A stretch of 63,824 nucleotides of DNA, filler included, from Parasitella parasitica NRRL 2501 (lineage: Eukaryota; Fungi; Mucoromycota), in NCBI GenBank assembly GCA_025201805.1. It is 6 parts of 6 records of this genome, joined end to end, with 100 filler letters (N's around TTAATTAATTAA, not from the genome) between each part and the next. Parts side by side here need not be neighbours in the genome. Positions count along the whole stretch, not along the records: positions 26,903 to 55,758 come from MU619435.1; 5 more parts are not named here. One strand, 5' to 3'. The translations under genes were made by a program, and so were the position numbers. The notes beneath the pieces were generated by a model. The model saw only the letters and a list, made by a program, of their open reading frames with translations, was not told the DNA's origin and did no database searches. Below are positions 38,609 to 53,716 of the stretch, piece by piece; positions within the stretch are counted from its first letter, which is position 1, and each line of letters starts with the position of its first letter.

Positions 38609-40822
38609 GCTGAATGTCTGTATAATAAAAACACGCAAGGAAGAAAGAAAAAAAAAAGAAACCCAGGGGTAACAGGAAAGATTAAATTAGTAAAAAGGCA
38701 CCGAATGGCTTAAGCTATAGAAACTCGTGGTTCATATACTTTTTTATTTTCACTAGGCACATGTCGAGTATTATAACACTTTGGACGTAAAATGAGCCCA
38801 TCATGATGTCGAATTTTCTCTTGCATCATGGATGCATTTTGATTTCTTGGTGCATATTTCTTACACACACAAAAAATCCAGATTGCACAATTGGAAATTT
38901 GAAAAAGCACTCTCTTCACTACTAATTGCACAACTGGGCAGTCTTTTAGTTACAAATTACTAGAAAATTGTGGCATTTAGGGGTGTCCTTAGAAATTAGT
39001 TGTATCTCAAGCTTTCTGTTGCCAAGTTACTGCACAATTTCTTCTGCTCTGAACCGTGTATCTGAGTCTTTAAAAAAATCTTACAATAAAAGGTACTAGC
39101 AATACAGTTACAATGGTACACTGTTTTGTTTATACTGCTGTACCAGGTCTTGAAAATCAGCACAGTAAAGGATTGTATGTGATCATATGAATGAGAAAGT
39201 AATAAAGACTTAATTTACCAGATACAAAACCATTTGTTTTATTGATTATTAAGAAATTGTCTGTTTATTAAAATAAATCTGCATAAACCAATCTACTATG
39301 AATACAATCAGATCTTGCTTGACAATCAAATGTCAAACAAGATTGATTATAACACAGTAATAATCAGACAAGACTTATCCATATATTCAATCAGCTAATC
39401 ATTATGAATGCGAATCATTCATTAATAATTCGGCTTTGCATTTTAGAATAAGTAGAACACAAGTAGATAGTTTCTTATACAAGGTGTTCTGTTGATCACT
39501 TCTATTTACTATATAATAGAAAATGTAGTGACATTTAACATTGGGTCCGAAGGTTGCCATGACAACTGAATTGAAGTAATATGAACCATGGTTATTCAAT
39601 GGATAGAACCCTATTATGCAAGGTATTCCATGATTACTTCTATTTTTTATGGAATAAACGGTTATATTTAAACTTGGATTCGATCGGGATCGATTGCCAT
39701 GGCAACTGAGTTATAACCGTGGAATTTTATGGATACAACATTTACGCTTGAAAACAATAAAATTTCAAACAAAGGTCGATTTTTACCGTAGCACAACGAA
39801 GGTACAAAAATCATCAGAGTGGGGAGGGGGAGTTGTCAGCTCGTATAGTATATATTCTATTACCTATACACCGATTGAATATTCTAAAATGTAAATGAAG
39901 AGCCTTAGAAAAGAGTCCGGTTTGCGTGCTTTCGTATCGGTAGATAATTTGCCCCACATAAACCTTGATGTCATGGCGGTGAACCACGCGACAAGGAAAA
40001 ACAAGGAACCGAGCAACTGCGCTCCACCCCGTTAAAGAGATCGCCCGCCTCTTTGTTTATGTTACTAAGATCAAAGAAAACAAACAAACGAGACATTATG
40101 AATTTTCAAGGCAAGAGAATTGAAACCTCTCTTGATTTTTTTTTTTTCATTTGGGTTCCAAAGTATACATAGTTCTGTATTATCAAATGAGAAACCTGTC
40201 TACCGAGCCGAAATCTGTTGTGTCTATATTTTAGTAGAATACACTAAGCAGCTGAGCCATTTATCAATGACTTAGTAATAGGACGGTAGATTAATTTATG
40301 TCGTATGCAATGCAACCGTGGCATGGCTGATAAAAAAATTGGTCAATTGGCCTATCTATATATTTTTATCCAACATATGGATCATTGAAACTTGAAAACC
40401 TGACCAGTTATATGCTATACACAACACATGGAATTCTCCCAAAACCAGATCTCAATTGATCAAAACTCAAACATCAGAGAAAATTGATCTGGGTCACCTT
40501 GCGGTCCACACAAAAAAAACACCTTTGTATTACAGTTTAATGTACTATGCACCGCGCAATTTGCGCTTCTTGACAATAAGAATGCAGCGCCTTTTCTTTG
40601 CCTTGGTGCAGATTTCAAAAGTGTGGTGTAACAATGGTAGTTGCGCCAAGCCAATGAAACTTGAGATTTTAGCGTCATTTTCCCTGTTTGTAAAATATAC
40701 GGGCACCATGAAAGGGGGAACCGGGCAATCAAAGTTTTGATTCAACGTATATATAAATAGAGCTCATGTTTTTTCTTGTACTCTCTGCTACACTTAACTT
40801 TTGTCTTTATCATTGCACCATT

Positions 40823-41545
40823 ATGGTCGAACTTTCAGTAAAGAACAAACAATTTCCTCGCTTGAATATATTCTATCGCAGTTTGCACAAAAAAGAGGAA
40901 ATTAAGCAGCTGCCATCTCTTGGCTCAGGTGTCAATTTGCACACTAATACAGTGTCACATTCAATTGTAAGGAATTACAGTAACGATCCTTACATGCCTC
41001 AAATAGCAAGAAACCAGAGAGCTTCATCCTCTTCATTGCCACATACCCCAAGGCCTCCCAAGTATCCAATGCGCTATCATGCTAGTGCATCAAGTCCTAA
41101 CTTACCGCCCCCAAGATCAATGCCGGATCCTAGCATCACGTTCCATCACAATTACCCTCCAGCTTCTCCTCCTCCATTGTCCCCAACAAACTTGTCATTT
41201 GCCACTTCATCAAGACCGTCATGGCGAGACTTGGCTCGTTCGCCCACATACCAGCCTGCTAGTTCTATGTCTAGCACGGACGACGACGATGATCAAGAAG
41301 ATCAATCAGATGATGATGACAATGCTCCTCTTGGATTAATGCTATCATCTCGTCCAATCGGTTACGGTAAGCCTTTTTCTCTATTGAGTGATCTTGATGA
41401 GGACGGAGATGATGATATGGTGCCTATAGCTAGGTTATCCATCTCTCGTGAAAGTGTACATCATATGACGGCGGCTGAAAAGTATAAGCACAAAGTAATG
41501 GCCAAGCTTCAAATGGACATGCATCCTAATACATACCTCAGTTAG
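40823..41545 (+). CDS. hypothetical Ser/Pro/Asp-rich protein
   Basis: Single 240-aa ORF preceded by TATATAAA at about 40750. Low complexity, no recognised domain. Confidence 0.65.
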   Translation: MVELSVKNKQFPRLNIFYRSLHKKEEIKQLPSLGSGVNLHTNTVSHSIVRNYSNDPYMPQIARNQRASSSSLPHTPRPPKYPMRYHASASSPNLPPPRSMPDPSITFHHNYPPASPPPLSPTNLSFATSSRPSWRDLARSPTYQPASSMSSTDDDDDQEDQSDDDDNAPLGLMLSSRPIGYGKPFSLLSDLDEDGDDDMVPIARLSISRESVHHMTAAEKYKHKVMAKLQMDMHPNTYLS

Positions 41546-44500
41546 CTTTTCTCGCTGAACTCGTTGTAAAACTTCCCATTGTAATTAATATCATTTGCCA
41601 TTCACACAGTATATTTTTCATCTCATCATAATAAAAATAAATCATTCGCATAACTACAATAAGCACTTGAAAAGCAGCCCTAGCCATTTTCTCCATCCAC
41701 ATACACATAGAATATTGTGCTTGATGTTGATCCATAATGATGCAGAGAAAAATGCTTTCTTTCAAAACTTTGGCTGATACATAGTCTTAAGTTATTCCGA
41801 AGACATGTAATACCTTGTCAATCGATTCATCAATGTATTCAGGAAATAAAAAAACATAATATCAGCGAAGCAATATATCGCCAGGTTATACAAGGCGATC
41901 GACTGCTATTTTATTCGTTCGAAAAAAGCCATATGTGTCAATGACAATATCAACGGTAAAAGAAGGGCGACCACAGCCCTACAGAGTGCTTATTTGTAGA
42001 TATATTTGGAAATATTTGTGTAAAAATAGAACTGCTGTATATTTGAATAAATTGCGCATGAATGATAATGATCATAATTCAAGATTAATATCGTCAACGG
42101 AGGTTCCTTTTACTTACTTGTAATGTGAAATGCGTGCAATTTGGTTTGCTCAGCAGTGTTCCATCTGGCGAAGGGATTTTACCAAGGAAGCGGCACTCAT
42201 TCGAATTATTCACGATTTAGCCTCTGTTTTGGGAAACCAGCAGTATTAACCCGTGAAAATTCGCTTAAATCAAACCCATTAAATAGTAAAGTATGTCCTA
42301 TGAATTCTCAACTCTTTCACCACATGCAGGCAATGTATCATAACAGCAACTTGATTATTTGTCTAATATGAACCTTTTTCTGAGACTTAGAAGTATAATT
42401 GATGGTTTTACGTCTCACAAAATTAATAGGTACAATGACAAGTTACAGATAATGCAGTACCAGCTGGCAAAAGCATATACGCGAAGCAACTAGCATCGAA
42501 TTTGAAAATTACATCAGCGAGTTAAGAAATGGGTGAAGGAAAAGAAGGCATTATTACCATTATCCCAATTTTTGCATTCCTGATCCTACAGTTACTGGCG
42601 CTTAAATAAAGGGCATCGCATTCTATTATGGTCGTTTTATATATGTGAATGGAACCGATTCATAAAATAATTGCCTGTTTTGTTAAATTTATCGTTAACT
42701 TCAGTTTCAAACCACATAATATAATGGTCAAATTTACGTTTAAATGGGTATACCCTTGAAACCAATATTTCTGTTTATAAATAAAGTGGATAATTTCCAT
42801 CATGCGAATGTTGTATGGTTATTATTTGAACGTATTATGATACGGTTCATGTGTTAACAAGTGCATAGGTAAAAAATATATGTATACAACGACTAAAAAG
42901 ATAATGGTTTCAAGCTCGACAGGACGCTTGCACTCAATTTTATGCAGAATCACAGAAAAAGGCGTTTTCAAGCACTTCATTATAATGAATAAATGACCCA
43001 AGCAACTCACCAACCTTATTGAAACAACCAAGATTTAAGTTTTCACCAAGATTTAAGTTTTCACGATCTGCTTCAATTTTAATATTCGTTCCTAAATTTT
43101 TTGTATTATTTTCGAGTTCTACGCGATTAAATTCGCTAAATGTTTGTAAACTTCGATTATTTATTAGCATAGGCACATAAAAGCTATTGTTTTGACCTTT
43201 ATTGAGCAACTTGATTAAAATTTTGTTATATCTTATGCATTTAGTAGCCAATGGGATATCTTTTGATTCTAAATCTTAAATTGCAATGAATTTTGGAACC
43301 CTTTATGAATGAGAAACACAAGGTCAACAAGACGTATTATCTCTGTCTGGCTTTCGTTGATTTTGTCTATTATGATCCTCAGAAGCACACAAATATCTTA
43401 GTATTTGTTATTGACATGAAGAATTTTTTACATGAATAGTGACAAAGTATATACTCTCAAGTTTATGCAGTTAAGACGGATTTACAATCACCATGTATAA
43501 ATCTTTATGCGTCAAGATATTCTCAGTTTTTGCAGTTTGTGGAAGCTGTAATTCCTCCTAATTGCGATTATAATGTTGCTACATAGCAGTAAAAGATCCG
43601 CTGAATTTACATATTTGAAGGAAGTTTTGAAAAAAGTCGTGAGTGAAAGATTGCTTCTGATAGATTTTATACAAATATGAAAATGGTAAAAGACATGGAC
43701 GAAATATCAATGTGGTAGACACTGGAAACTTACAAAGTTTCTGATTTACTCAGGCCAGTTGCTCATGTATTTAGAGGATATCAATGCTTGGAGACTATCT
43801 TAAATCATGCAGATTTACATATACACAAGAACCCTGTCAGCTCTTGACGATTTGCATGCAGACACAAACATTAATAGCCTAATTACGTATAATTAAATCA
43901 ATTTGAGATGGTTCATGTACTATTTTTAAATCAATTATCGATTTTTTAATCAAGTTTAGCAAAGGCGGCTAGAAAGAGATTTTACCGTATCTAAAAGCAT
44001 AAGTTGTTAGCAGATGCTGATAGTTCATGCTTGAATGACGTGACTCAAATGCTTTAATAAGATATTAGCATAAAGAGCAGACTCACAAATTCTCATGTAC
44101 TCCTCGCTAAGAGAGAGAGAGATGTAACTGGTCTCCTCACATCGCCCCTTGGGTATTTGCTAAAAGAAAAAACTCCTCATTTCAAGCCAAAGCCTAAAGC
44201 AATTGGGCACGAAATATTTTATTATTGAGCAGTGCAACGTTTGACAAAGTAGAGCAATCATTTCATTGACAAGCCTTGATTCGTCTAAACAAGGCCTTTA
44301 GAATGAATTTTTGTAGTACAGCTATTTTTAACTGCAAACATTTAATTAACACCAAGGCAGTAGGCCAGCATATGAGCTGTGCCTGTGTGTGTAAATCAAT
44401 TCCACAACACAGACACACTCACACAGCTTGAAAAGAGTTCCCTCCTATTTCTCTCTCTCTCTTTCTACCTTTGCTCCTCGTTTTTTTTTACCTCCTCTTT

Positions 44501-44661
44501 CCTTTTCTTTTCTTTTTACCTTATTACTTGATATACCTTCCTTTTTCCTTTTTTCTGTATTTTTCGCTAAGGGTCCAACTTCGTCAAAAGCACACACACA
44601 CAAAGGACCAGTCTATTCATCAACTGCAAAAACATTTTCACATCCAACACAGTTTAGTACA

Positions 44662-45736
44662 ATGACAACTTGTTGTGCCAGGTACACATAATATTTGATG
44701 GTTCCAGAGCACATTTATATTGATATTAAGTTTATAATTAGGCTGAGCAAGGTCTACATGATCACTACCAATTTACTTTATGCCTGTTTAGGTGTCGCAT
44801 TTATCGCCCTGGGCTTAATCGGTATGAGAGATGGCTTCAGTGGTGCAACCTTATTTCCAGAGAACATATTCAAATGTAAAAGAGCGTTCATGATCGTTTG
44901 CTTGTTTTTTTTTCCCAACTTACGTTTTGTACACTTAGATTTGACGATATTAGGCGCCGTCATTTGTGTGGCATCCATTGTTGGCATTATCGGCGCATAT
45001 ATCAGAAAAACCACAGTTACTTATCTGTACATGATTATCATCATCGGTGCATTAATATTTCAAGTTCTTATCGGTATTCGTGTCTACCAAAAAGCAGCAA
45101 ATGCAGCTCAGTATCTATCAGATTTGTGGCCAAGTGCTTCAGCCAGCTATCGACTCAACCTTCAGAACCAGGTTAGGTCTTGTCCAGTTGCTGTGTTAAG
45201 CCCACCTCTTGACTAATTCTTGGCTTGTTTTGTAGTTCAACTGTTGTGGCTACCAAACCATCATTGACAACTACGTCGAAAGCGACACCTGTCGGCCAAC
45301 AGCCTCACTAACCAGCAAGTTTCCACCCTGCGCATCTGCATTACAAAGCTTCGTTAAGGGTACGTTTGGAAAAGTTTATCTGGCTGTATTTGCAGCGTTA
45401 GCATTGGAACTGTTGGCCATGTCCAATGCGATTACGCTGCTATGTACTGGATCGCATGTAGATCAAGATGAGGAAGGCGAAAGACGAAAGCGCAGAAAAT
45501 CTGGCATTCGACTTGACGATATGACAGTAGATACGCCTACAACCTTGGTTGGACAAGAAGAGCCAAAATATTATGCGTATGGCAATAACCAGGAGGACAT
45601 GAACCACAATAATCGATACGATAGCTACGACATGTACCGACATACCAATAGCCCAACCCATTACAGCGACAATTACAATGCAAATACCTTCAATAATAGT
45701 CGACTTGCTAACAGCAATGGTGGCGCTTATTACTAA
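44662..45736 (+). CDS. tetraspanin (4 exons)
   Basis: Four TM segments; large loop with LQNQ|FNCCGY..C...C; cytoplasmic Tyr/Asn-rich tail. Confidence 0.9.
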
Positions 45737-46264
45737 GTTTCATAGTTTTCTTGTTGATATGTAATTTATTTATTCAGCCCCTCTCCATCTTCCTCCCTAC
45801 TCACCCTTTATTACTATACTATTATATTTTTATTTTTTACATATACAAATTTATGTAGATACTCCCTTTACTTCCTGCTACCAAACAAACAATGACATAT
45901 CCTGCCTCTCATATATTCTATATTTTTATTCGAATGTTTTTAAATTAAAAATCAAAATTTAATTGCCAATTACTTGGACGAGAAGCTGGATATAGCACAA
46001 AATGAAAACTCGGTAAAAATATGCAGCCCAGAGAACCAGGAACTGATAGACAGTAGCTTTAAAGCCGATCACTTGACGATCATAGTTGTAGTAATCGTCG
46101 TTTTAGGTATAATGATTCAATGTGATCACTAAATCATGAGCGTGTCTGTACTCATCTATTATGCAACAAGACAACATCAACATTACAAAAATGTCAAGTA
46201 CAACAAATAAAGTTGCGCTTCCAAGTTACATCATTTGACTGCAAGTGTCACAAATTTTTACTTT

Positions 46265-48397
46265 TTATTCTATCAAATCCAGCAAAATGGCGCATGGAGT
46301 TACAGCCTTTCGATGCTGCTGATTGTTATTTCGTTTCCCTAGACCATCGCTTCCGCTACTATATGACGAGGATGAAGACGTACTCTTCTCATGATGCGTA
46401 GTCTCATTAGCAGCATTGCAATCATCAGGCTGCGGTCTGCGAATCACATTAATAGATGGCCTATGGCGTTTTGGATTAGGCTTTCTGGTGCCTACTCGAC
46501 TGCCCCCGCTGCTGCTCCGACTGCTTGGTCGAGAATGTGATTTACTGGTTGTGACAGAGTTGCTTTTCTCTGGTAAAATGTTCGTATTTTGGTTTTCATG
46601 ACTATTCATCGCAACATCGCTCATGTCTGGATCTATTGCTCTAAATAGCTGTTTGACTTTTCGCGAATGCTGGGATGAATTTGGCCTGCGAATGTCCTGA
46701 CTAGACTGTATAAATCATGAACAAGGAGCCTTACGCGTGAAATGTCATTTCAATAGTTACCGGCTCACTTTCACTCTTGATATCGTCGCTGATTGCGTCT
46801 CCGTCGTCCATCTCGCTGTTATCATTGGACCATTTATCTTCTTTGATGCTAGGAAGGATGTTGGCGTTGCCGCTGCCATGATATTCTGCCGAGTTTACCG
46901 ATCCATTTGAAGTCGACGATGTAGACAGCCGTGACGAAAAAGACCCTATATTGCATCTCGCGTGTGAGCGCTGCACCTCAGCAGCCTTTCTGCCAGCGAT
47001 TATGTAAATACGGATGCCACCCCTTGGTAAAGGAATCATAGCTGCGCTCATATCAGACACTGTAATTGGGTCGTCCTCATCTCCATCCAAAGCTTCCTTT
47101 GCGTTGCTACCATATACCATCCCGTTGTGTATTGTGGCTGCTCGCATCACTGTCCATTGCTGCCGTTTCGTGTTGAATACGCATAACTCATCTAGTGGGT
47201 AACTGCATAGAATCTCGTTGTCGTCGTCGTCTTCTCGAATCGAATGCCCCCCAAAAATGATTAGCTTGTTTCCATAGCTGCACATGTAAGCTTGAAATCG
47301 ATCATATGGGCTATCTCCATTGGTTGCAATCAAGTGATTTCGTTGGGGTATGCCATCTGCAACAACGGGTGCTTGATAACGAAGATACCGCTCAACTTCT
47401 GGATGTTCGTATTTGTACCATACCCACTTTTCACAGTCTAATCTGTACAAATCATCATACACTATGTAACTACCGTCATTGTCCAACTGAGCGCCACCGT
47501 GAATGTACAGATCATTTCCAATTACGGTGCTGGCATGGCCAAATCGCAGATGTGGCAAATGACTTTTTGTGTAGGAGAGGGTTGTTAGCTTAACTCGCCA
47601 AACAAACAATAGATGCAATTCATTTACACTTTACCCAGCTATCGGTGGCACAAACCATCGATTGTCAAATGTATCATACACAAATACGTCATTTTCGCCT
47701 AAGTTTCCATTAGTATGAATAAATTTATATAGCTCAAATAAACAACTTACCTACTGAATTGTAGCATAAGCCTCCAAACACAACTAGGTATCGGTCACCA
47801 ACAGCATCTACCGAATGTTCGTGGCGAGGACGAGGGGGGGCACCCAGGGTATCCTTGAGAAACCTTGCGCTAAGATCGTTCGTGTCTACCTCCATCAAAG
47901 CATTCGATAGAGTGTACGAATTCAGCAGTCGCCCACAAACCAAGTAAATCTTTGTTCCTATGGCAGCAGCACAGGTGATTTGAGGTTGAATCTGCTCCAT
48001 CAAATGCAACTTTTGCATGATCCAGACGTTCGAATTCAAGTCGTAAGTGTAGCAAAATGGACTTTCATTAATAAAGGGCATGTAGAATGTCGATCCGATC
48101 GAGACTCCAGCCCGATAGTTCAAGAATGGGGGTAGCTTTGGCATGAAATGATCCACCAGACTTAAATGAGCTTCCCTGAAAGAGAGAATGTTTCGTACAA
48201 GTATAGCTGGTTTACAGTGAGTTTGATCGTTCATTCTTGCAATACATACATGTCCAACAAAACCTACCAAAATATGTACATGTTTGCGATAGATAGGCCA
48301 ATGAGCGGTTATCCAGATATTCCAGGATTATGTATTTGACGTCGACGCTCAAATCAAATATACTCGTATGAGGCGGATGTGTCTTTTGGTATGACAT
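46265..48397 (-). CDS. F-box/Kelch-repeat protein (multi-exon)
   Basis: IFDLSVDVKYIILEYLDNRSLAYLSQTC (F-box); PRPRHEHS..LVVFGG, LRFGHAS..LYIHGG and LIIFGG Kelch repeats. Confidence 0.88.
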
Positions 48398-50386
48398 TAA
48401 GAAGAAATGTGAAGATTAAAAAGCGCTTAAATCCTTTTTATACAGATGCATGATTTTTTTTCCTTTTAACTCGGGAAAGAAGAGATTTTCTTCAAGCTAT
48501 GATGTCATGTAACGCTCTTTTGCGGTAATAGAAGCTCACAGTACTTTCCAGAAGCTGCCCTTGCCTAAAAACTAGAAAGTTTTTACTTGAACCAATTGAT
48601 TTCCCTTAATCCAGACTAGCGCTCAAAAATGATATTAACATCTGTGTACCCTTTTGAAATGCCAAAATTCGTGTTTTTTTTTTTTTTTTTTCTTTTTTTC
48701 TGTGTCACTGCATTTAAATTTCTGGTCATCATATGGATCAAACCTTAGATATACGTACCACGGCTTTAAACCAAAATCAACAGATGATCTCATACCGTTC
48801 TTGTGTGTAATATGTGAAAGAGTTGAAATTTTTGTTGTGGTACATGACCATCCCAAAAAGCTATTTCAACTCTGTGCAGGACAGTGTTAAAGTATAAGGA
48901 AACGCCTACCGCTGTGTTGGTATTTCGTTCTAATCCGTATTCAGATTACATACAAACATGGGGTAGTTATGTGTCAGAAGGAGGTTGTAGATGAGGAAGA
49001 AATTTATGCTCAAACATTTCAGGGAAAAATACTGTGCCCGGCCTAGAGTTCAATTGAATCGTGGTCTACTAATCAGACATATTTTCGATTGCTGTAAAAT
49101 ATTGTCTTTTATCCAAGACTGTTCAGCAAATTACAACAAAGAGCTCGCAAGCCAAACAAATCTATATCAGAATACTACAGCCGTGCAGTCAGGAGAAACT
49201 CGCTAGCATCAGTTAACAAGCAATTAATATGAGAATGCATTCTTGTGAAAGAATACCATATTGCCTCTACTCTTCTCACAATTTGATGAGAACTTGTTCT
49301 TGTTGGGCTGATCTCTTGTGATATATAACATACCGTATGTACTTTTTGCATCTATCTACTTCAACCATAGCAGAGTGTTTCATTAAATATTCTCTTTTCC
49401 ATATCATCTTATAGCACATACTTTCAGTAAGATACTTGGTAACGCATAGATAACGTTTGTGCACTGAATCGAATTTACTAGTAAATGTTTGTTTTCCAGG
49501 CGATCATTTGGTATGGACTCTCTAAAGTCTAATCTATTTATAATTTATGTGATACTCACCCAGAAATGCCATCAAAAAGAACAATCTCCAAAGAAGCCTC
49601 CCAAGGCTTTTTTTCCTTTGAGCGGAAACCTTCCTTTGTACTGGAAGATAAAACATGTAGTTGCCGGTCATTTGTTGTTCTCGAATCAAACGCCAACCAC
49701 TTAAATGATGCTTTTTCAGCCAATGGTGGTGTCTACATAAAGTAGTTTATGGAAATCAATTAAAAATGCAGCATTTGCATATTTGTTTCATTATTTTATG
49801 GCTGAGAAAAACCTTCTTATGAAACCCGCAGAAACAATAAACGTAGTGTTACCTACACTTGAGCTCTATAGCAAATAATTATATACATATATACATGTAT
49901 ACCTGCAGGGCATTATTAAAAAACAAGGGAGAGCCCATCACCATGCGAGCGTTTTATTTTTTTTTTAAATGTAAAAGACCTCATGTGGTAGAGGAAGGTT
50001 GTAGAGATATGAGGCATGGATTCTCAAAAAATGCAGAGGTTTTCCTCATTATTTTTCTATATTGTATGTATTCAAGTTCCAGAACTTTGTGAGACTAGCC
50101 TCCTTCTTGCTTCTTCCAGGAGTTGTATACTTGATCGAAATGCAATCGGTTTCCATACTCTTGGTCCCACCAGGAAAAGGCCAATCTTGATCCCAAACGG
50201 GGCCGGCTAATTAACAGAACCGAGTGTCTCCTAAAAAGACGCCTCGCATTCAAAGGTGCAGCACCAGTGCGCACTGCATTTGATCAATGGCTCGAGTTCA
50301 AAAAAAAAAAAAGGTGTGTTCATATGCGATACACTCATCTACTCCCTTCAAATTTCTTTCTTTCTTTTTCTTTCCATCTTATGATC

Positions 50387-52766
50387 ATGGCTTTTCATGA
50401 AGAGAATAAGCAAAAAAGGAACAAACCTTGTAAGGATATTTGTACATGCTTATTAACACTTTCACTAACCATTCCATCGCATACAAGGCGAAAACTGCCG
50501 TGCGCATCGTCGAAAATGTAAAATAACGCAAGGAACACAGTGTGATCGATGCGTTAAAATGAGCTTGACTTGTGTATTCAAGTTTACAGCAAAACCAACC
50601 GTCCTTAAGAAGGCTGTGCCTGTATCGAAAAAGAATAGAATGCTGGAGCAAGTGCGTATCATGGAACAAGAAATGCAAGCCATGGAGCAGCAGTTGAAAT
50701 TACTCAATGTACAAGTTCATCTACAACAGCAGAGAGATACCTACTTGCTAAGCAGCGGCAGCAGCAGTAGTGGTAGTAGCAATAGTAGTAATAGTAGTAG
50801 CAGTAACAGTAGTAGTAGAAGTAGTAGCATATGCGATAATATGAGTGAAGTGAGTACCATTGACAGCCGTTTTGCGGATGAAAATGATTTCACATGTGCA
50901 GATTGTTATTGCACATATCCATCATATTGTTCGCATAGAACAAGCAAGCGCATGAAATTCAACCCTACAACAGCACTCATAAAATCCACTGCCAGTAATC
51001 ATAGCAGCAATCAGTGGCAGTTGACTGTCAGTCAAGGCCCTCAAGGGATGCGATTCCAAACCTCCATTAAAAACATCTCTGATGTAGCCGTTTTCCTAGC
51101 CGAATCATTGCACTATTTCACAGCAACACCTATGCGATCACCCAATTACCACGCTGCTAACCGAGCAAAACAGCAATTAGAGGTGACCAACAAGATGTTG
51201 CATATAGAGAAAGTTCTACACAGTTTCTTCCAGAGAAAACAGCAGCTACAACAAGATACACGACAATTGCTTATCACGTCATCTCAGCATAATGCTGCCA
51301 ATCGAACATTAATCAAGAGACAACTTGTGCAGTACTACTTTGCATGTGCGGGCCTGATTAACCCCATATTCTCGAAGCCTTGCTTTTTGCCACTACTGGA
51401 AGCCCATCCGAACTCGTTGGCTGCAACTGCTTGTTGCGCATTTGTAGCTTATTCACAATGCAAGCACGTATCTCATATAGACTGGCCCGTGTCTCGAGAC
51501 AGTTTTGCTGAATCTCTGCGACAAGAGGCCAAGGAAATGCTAGAAGATGTCTTGTTTGAACAGGAACCCGACATTTTGATTGCTGGAGCCTTGATGCTGC
51601 TGGCCCAGTGCGCTCTTATTACGCTACAAAATGGGGAGGGACGTCTGTACACCAGTTTATGCTGGCGTATGGTTTTGCAGCTTAAAGACAAATATGTGGA
51701 TACGTTGAAACAGTTGATACCCGATGCACCTGACATTACACCACAGCAGGCTGTAGCAGAATCTTGGCGACGGCTGTTTTACGCGGCTCGCTACCTTGAG
51801 CTCAACATGTACATGATATACGACGGCTTGGCTGATTTTTCGTCCATTCTTTTCGATAGCGGCATTGGACTACCCACTGTTCTGTCAAACGAGCGAAACA
51901 AAGTAGACCAACTAGAACAAGCTATCGAAGTATTTCACCATGTTGTGCGTCTTCACAACTGTCAAATGTCAACCCGAAACGACCAGCTCACATATCAACT
52001 TTTCGCTGGCAATCTCAGCTCAATTTCAATTTATGATGTTGAACGCTTGGAGAACGAACTGATCAGTTTCTGGAAATCAATACCTATTGAATTTCGATTA
52101 TCAGACTCACCGTTGGAATATCTTCAGACGGACCGTATTCAGCAATGTGATAACCCTTACGCCATTTATTTGAACCAGGTGTATTATGCATATTGGTTAG
52201 CCTTAGAGACCCGATTAATGCGATCTCCTTCGTCGACAGACTTATTAGGCGCAAATATGGAGAGATTTGATGGCGAACGGGCACTTTTGATTGTGTCGAT
52301 CACCTGTGATGCTATTTCAAAGATCTTCCATGTGTTATATCGTAGGTTACCGTGCGCTGTGGAACTGCATTGGCTTTTGATTGCAAGTGATGCTATGGCT
52401 ATGTTGAAGAAATCGGCAAATCCTCATATCAAGGCAAAAGCGCAGAAAAATCTAAAGGTAACACTAAGGGTGCTCAAACAACGAGTACAGCAAACAGACA
52501 ACTTTGGAGATGATATCAATGACGACTATATTTTATGGAGAAATATGCTACCGTCCAATTCTCCTGAGCCTGGTATGAGCACAAGTACGAGTTCAAGCAG
52601 TTTGGCAGGATCAGAAAATTCAGACGAAGCAACAGCCTTTTTCGTAGACCAGCAGCTACGAGCAACAGTGTCATCAGTGACAGAGCTGAAACCATCCAAT
52701 GCTTATATCAAAGAACTGAAAAAGACGTTTGCCACATATTTCCCTGATTATGAACCCCAGCAGTAA
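50387..52766 (+). CDS. Zn(II)2Cys6 transcription factor
   Basis: MAFHEENKQKRNKP C|ENCRAHRRKCKITQGTQCDRCVKMSLTC via intron 50430-50487, in frame with the 735-aa ORF. AGT/AGC poly-Ser tract at about 50750-50830. Confidence 0.9.
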
Positions 52767-52886
52767 AATCAAGAATAATACCCTCTTGTGATTGAATACA
52801 AGCACTCGATTGCATACTTACAACTACCAGCATCACCACCATTTACTAGCTACTGACTCTGTATATACCTATAGTATTCCCTCACT

Positions 52887-53716
52887 TTATTTTCCAAGAG
52901 CATTAAACCATAACCCATCAAATAATTTACTATCCATAAAAGACCCTTTTCTATCCAACATGTACGCCATTTTTTCTCCTTTTGCTGCTAAAAAGATATG
53001 AGACGAGCTCGCCTTGGTGCCTATAGTGTCTGTCCCAGTTTTACCCACTCCAGTGAACACTTTTTGTTTGCAATAAAGGTTTTCAATGGGATATTCTCTA
53101 AACTGATGTGATTTCAAAATTCGCGCATGTGTCACTAGCTTCACAGTATGGCCTCCCTTTAATAGAATAAGTCTATCCACATATCGCCAGGGGTATAAGC
53201 ACATTAAAGAAGCAATGGCAACGCCCACAGTAACCAGTCCGCCTGCAATTGCCATCCGTTTGCCTTGGGGGGCAAGTACCGCAGGTGCATCTCCTCCTTT
53301 GTCTTTTTCAGTATATGCGACATAAGCGAGGCTTGCTAAATTGCCCCTATACAAATTAGTACTGTAAGCAAAATGTAAATTTATATCTAAAAGAGGAGGT
53401 TCTGAACTTACCAAAACATCAATTGCACACCAGCTGATATATACATCCACATGAACGTGCGCCCAACACCTATTGGAGCTTGATAAAATACAACATCTTT
53501 GTGTTCTAATGTCTGGCGAAGCTGTTTGCTGGTAAATTGAATTGATTTCTTATCCAAAGCAGACTTTAAAGAACTTTGCGTTCCATACAAACAAAAGTTG
53601 AATACTGCCTATAGTCAGTCTCTTATATATCGTCTAGTATCGTAAGCCTAATTACCTTTTAAAGGTTTATTTAATCGTGTATGAGAATAACTAGCCCTAA
53701 ATGTATTGAATAACAT
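52887..53716 (-). CDS. TMEM223: TMEM223/Mrx15-like mitochondrial inner-membrane protein (3 exons)
   Basis: Basic presequence; QLMFW|GNLA; ..YPWRYVDRLILLKGGHTVKLVTH...YMLDRKGSF...LFD. Confidence 0.78.

Noticed and set aside
39900-40055. GC-richer intergenic island as possible tRNA/ncRNA
   Set aside because: No cloverleaf, A/B boxes or recognisable RNA motif.
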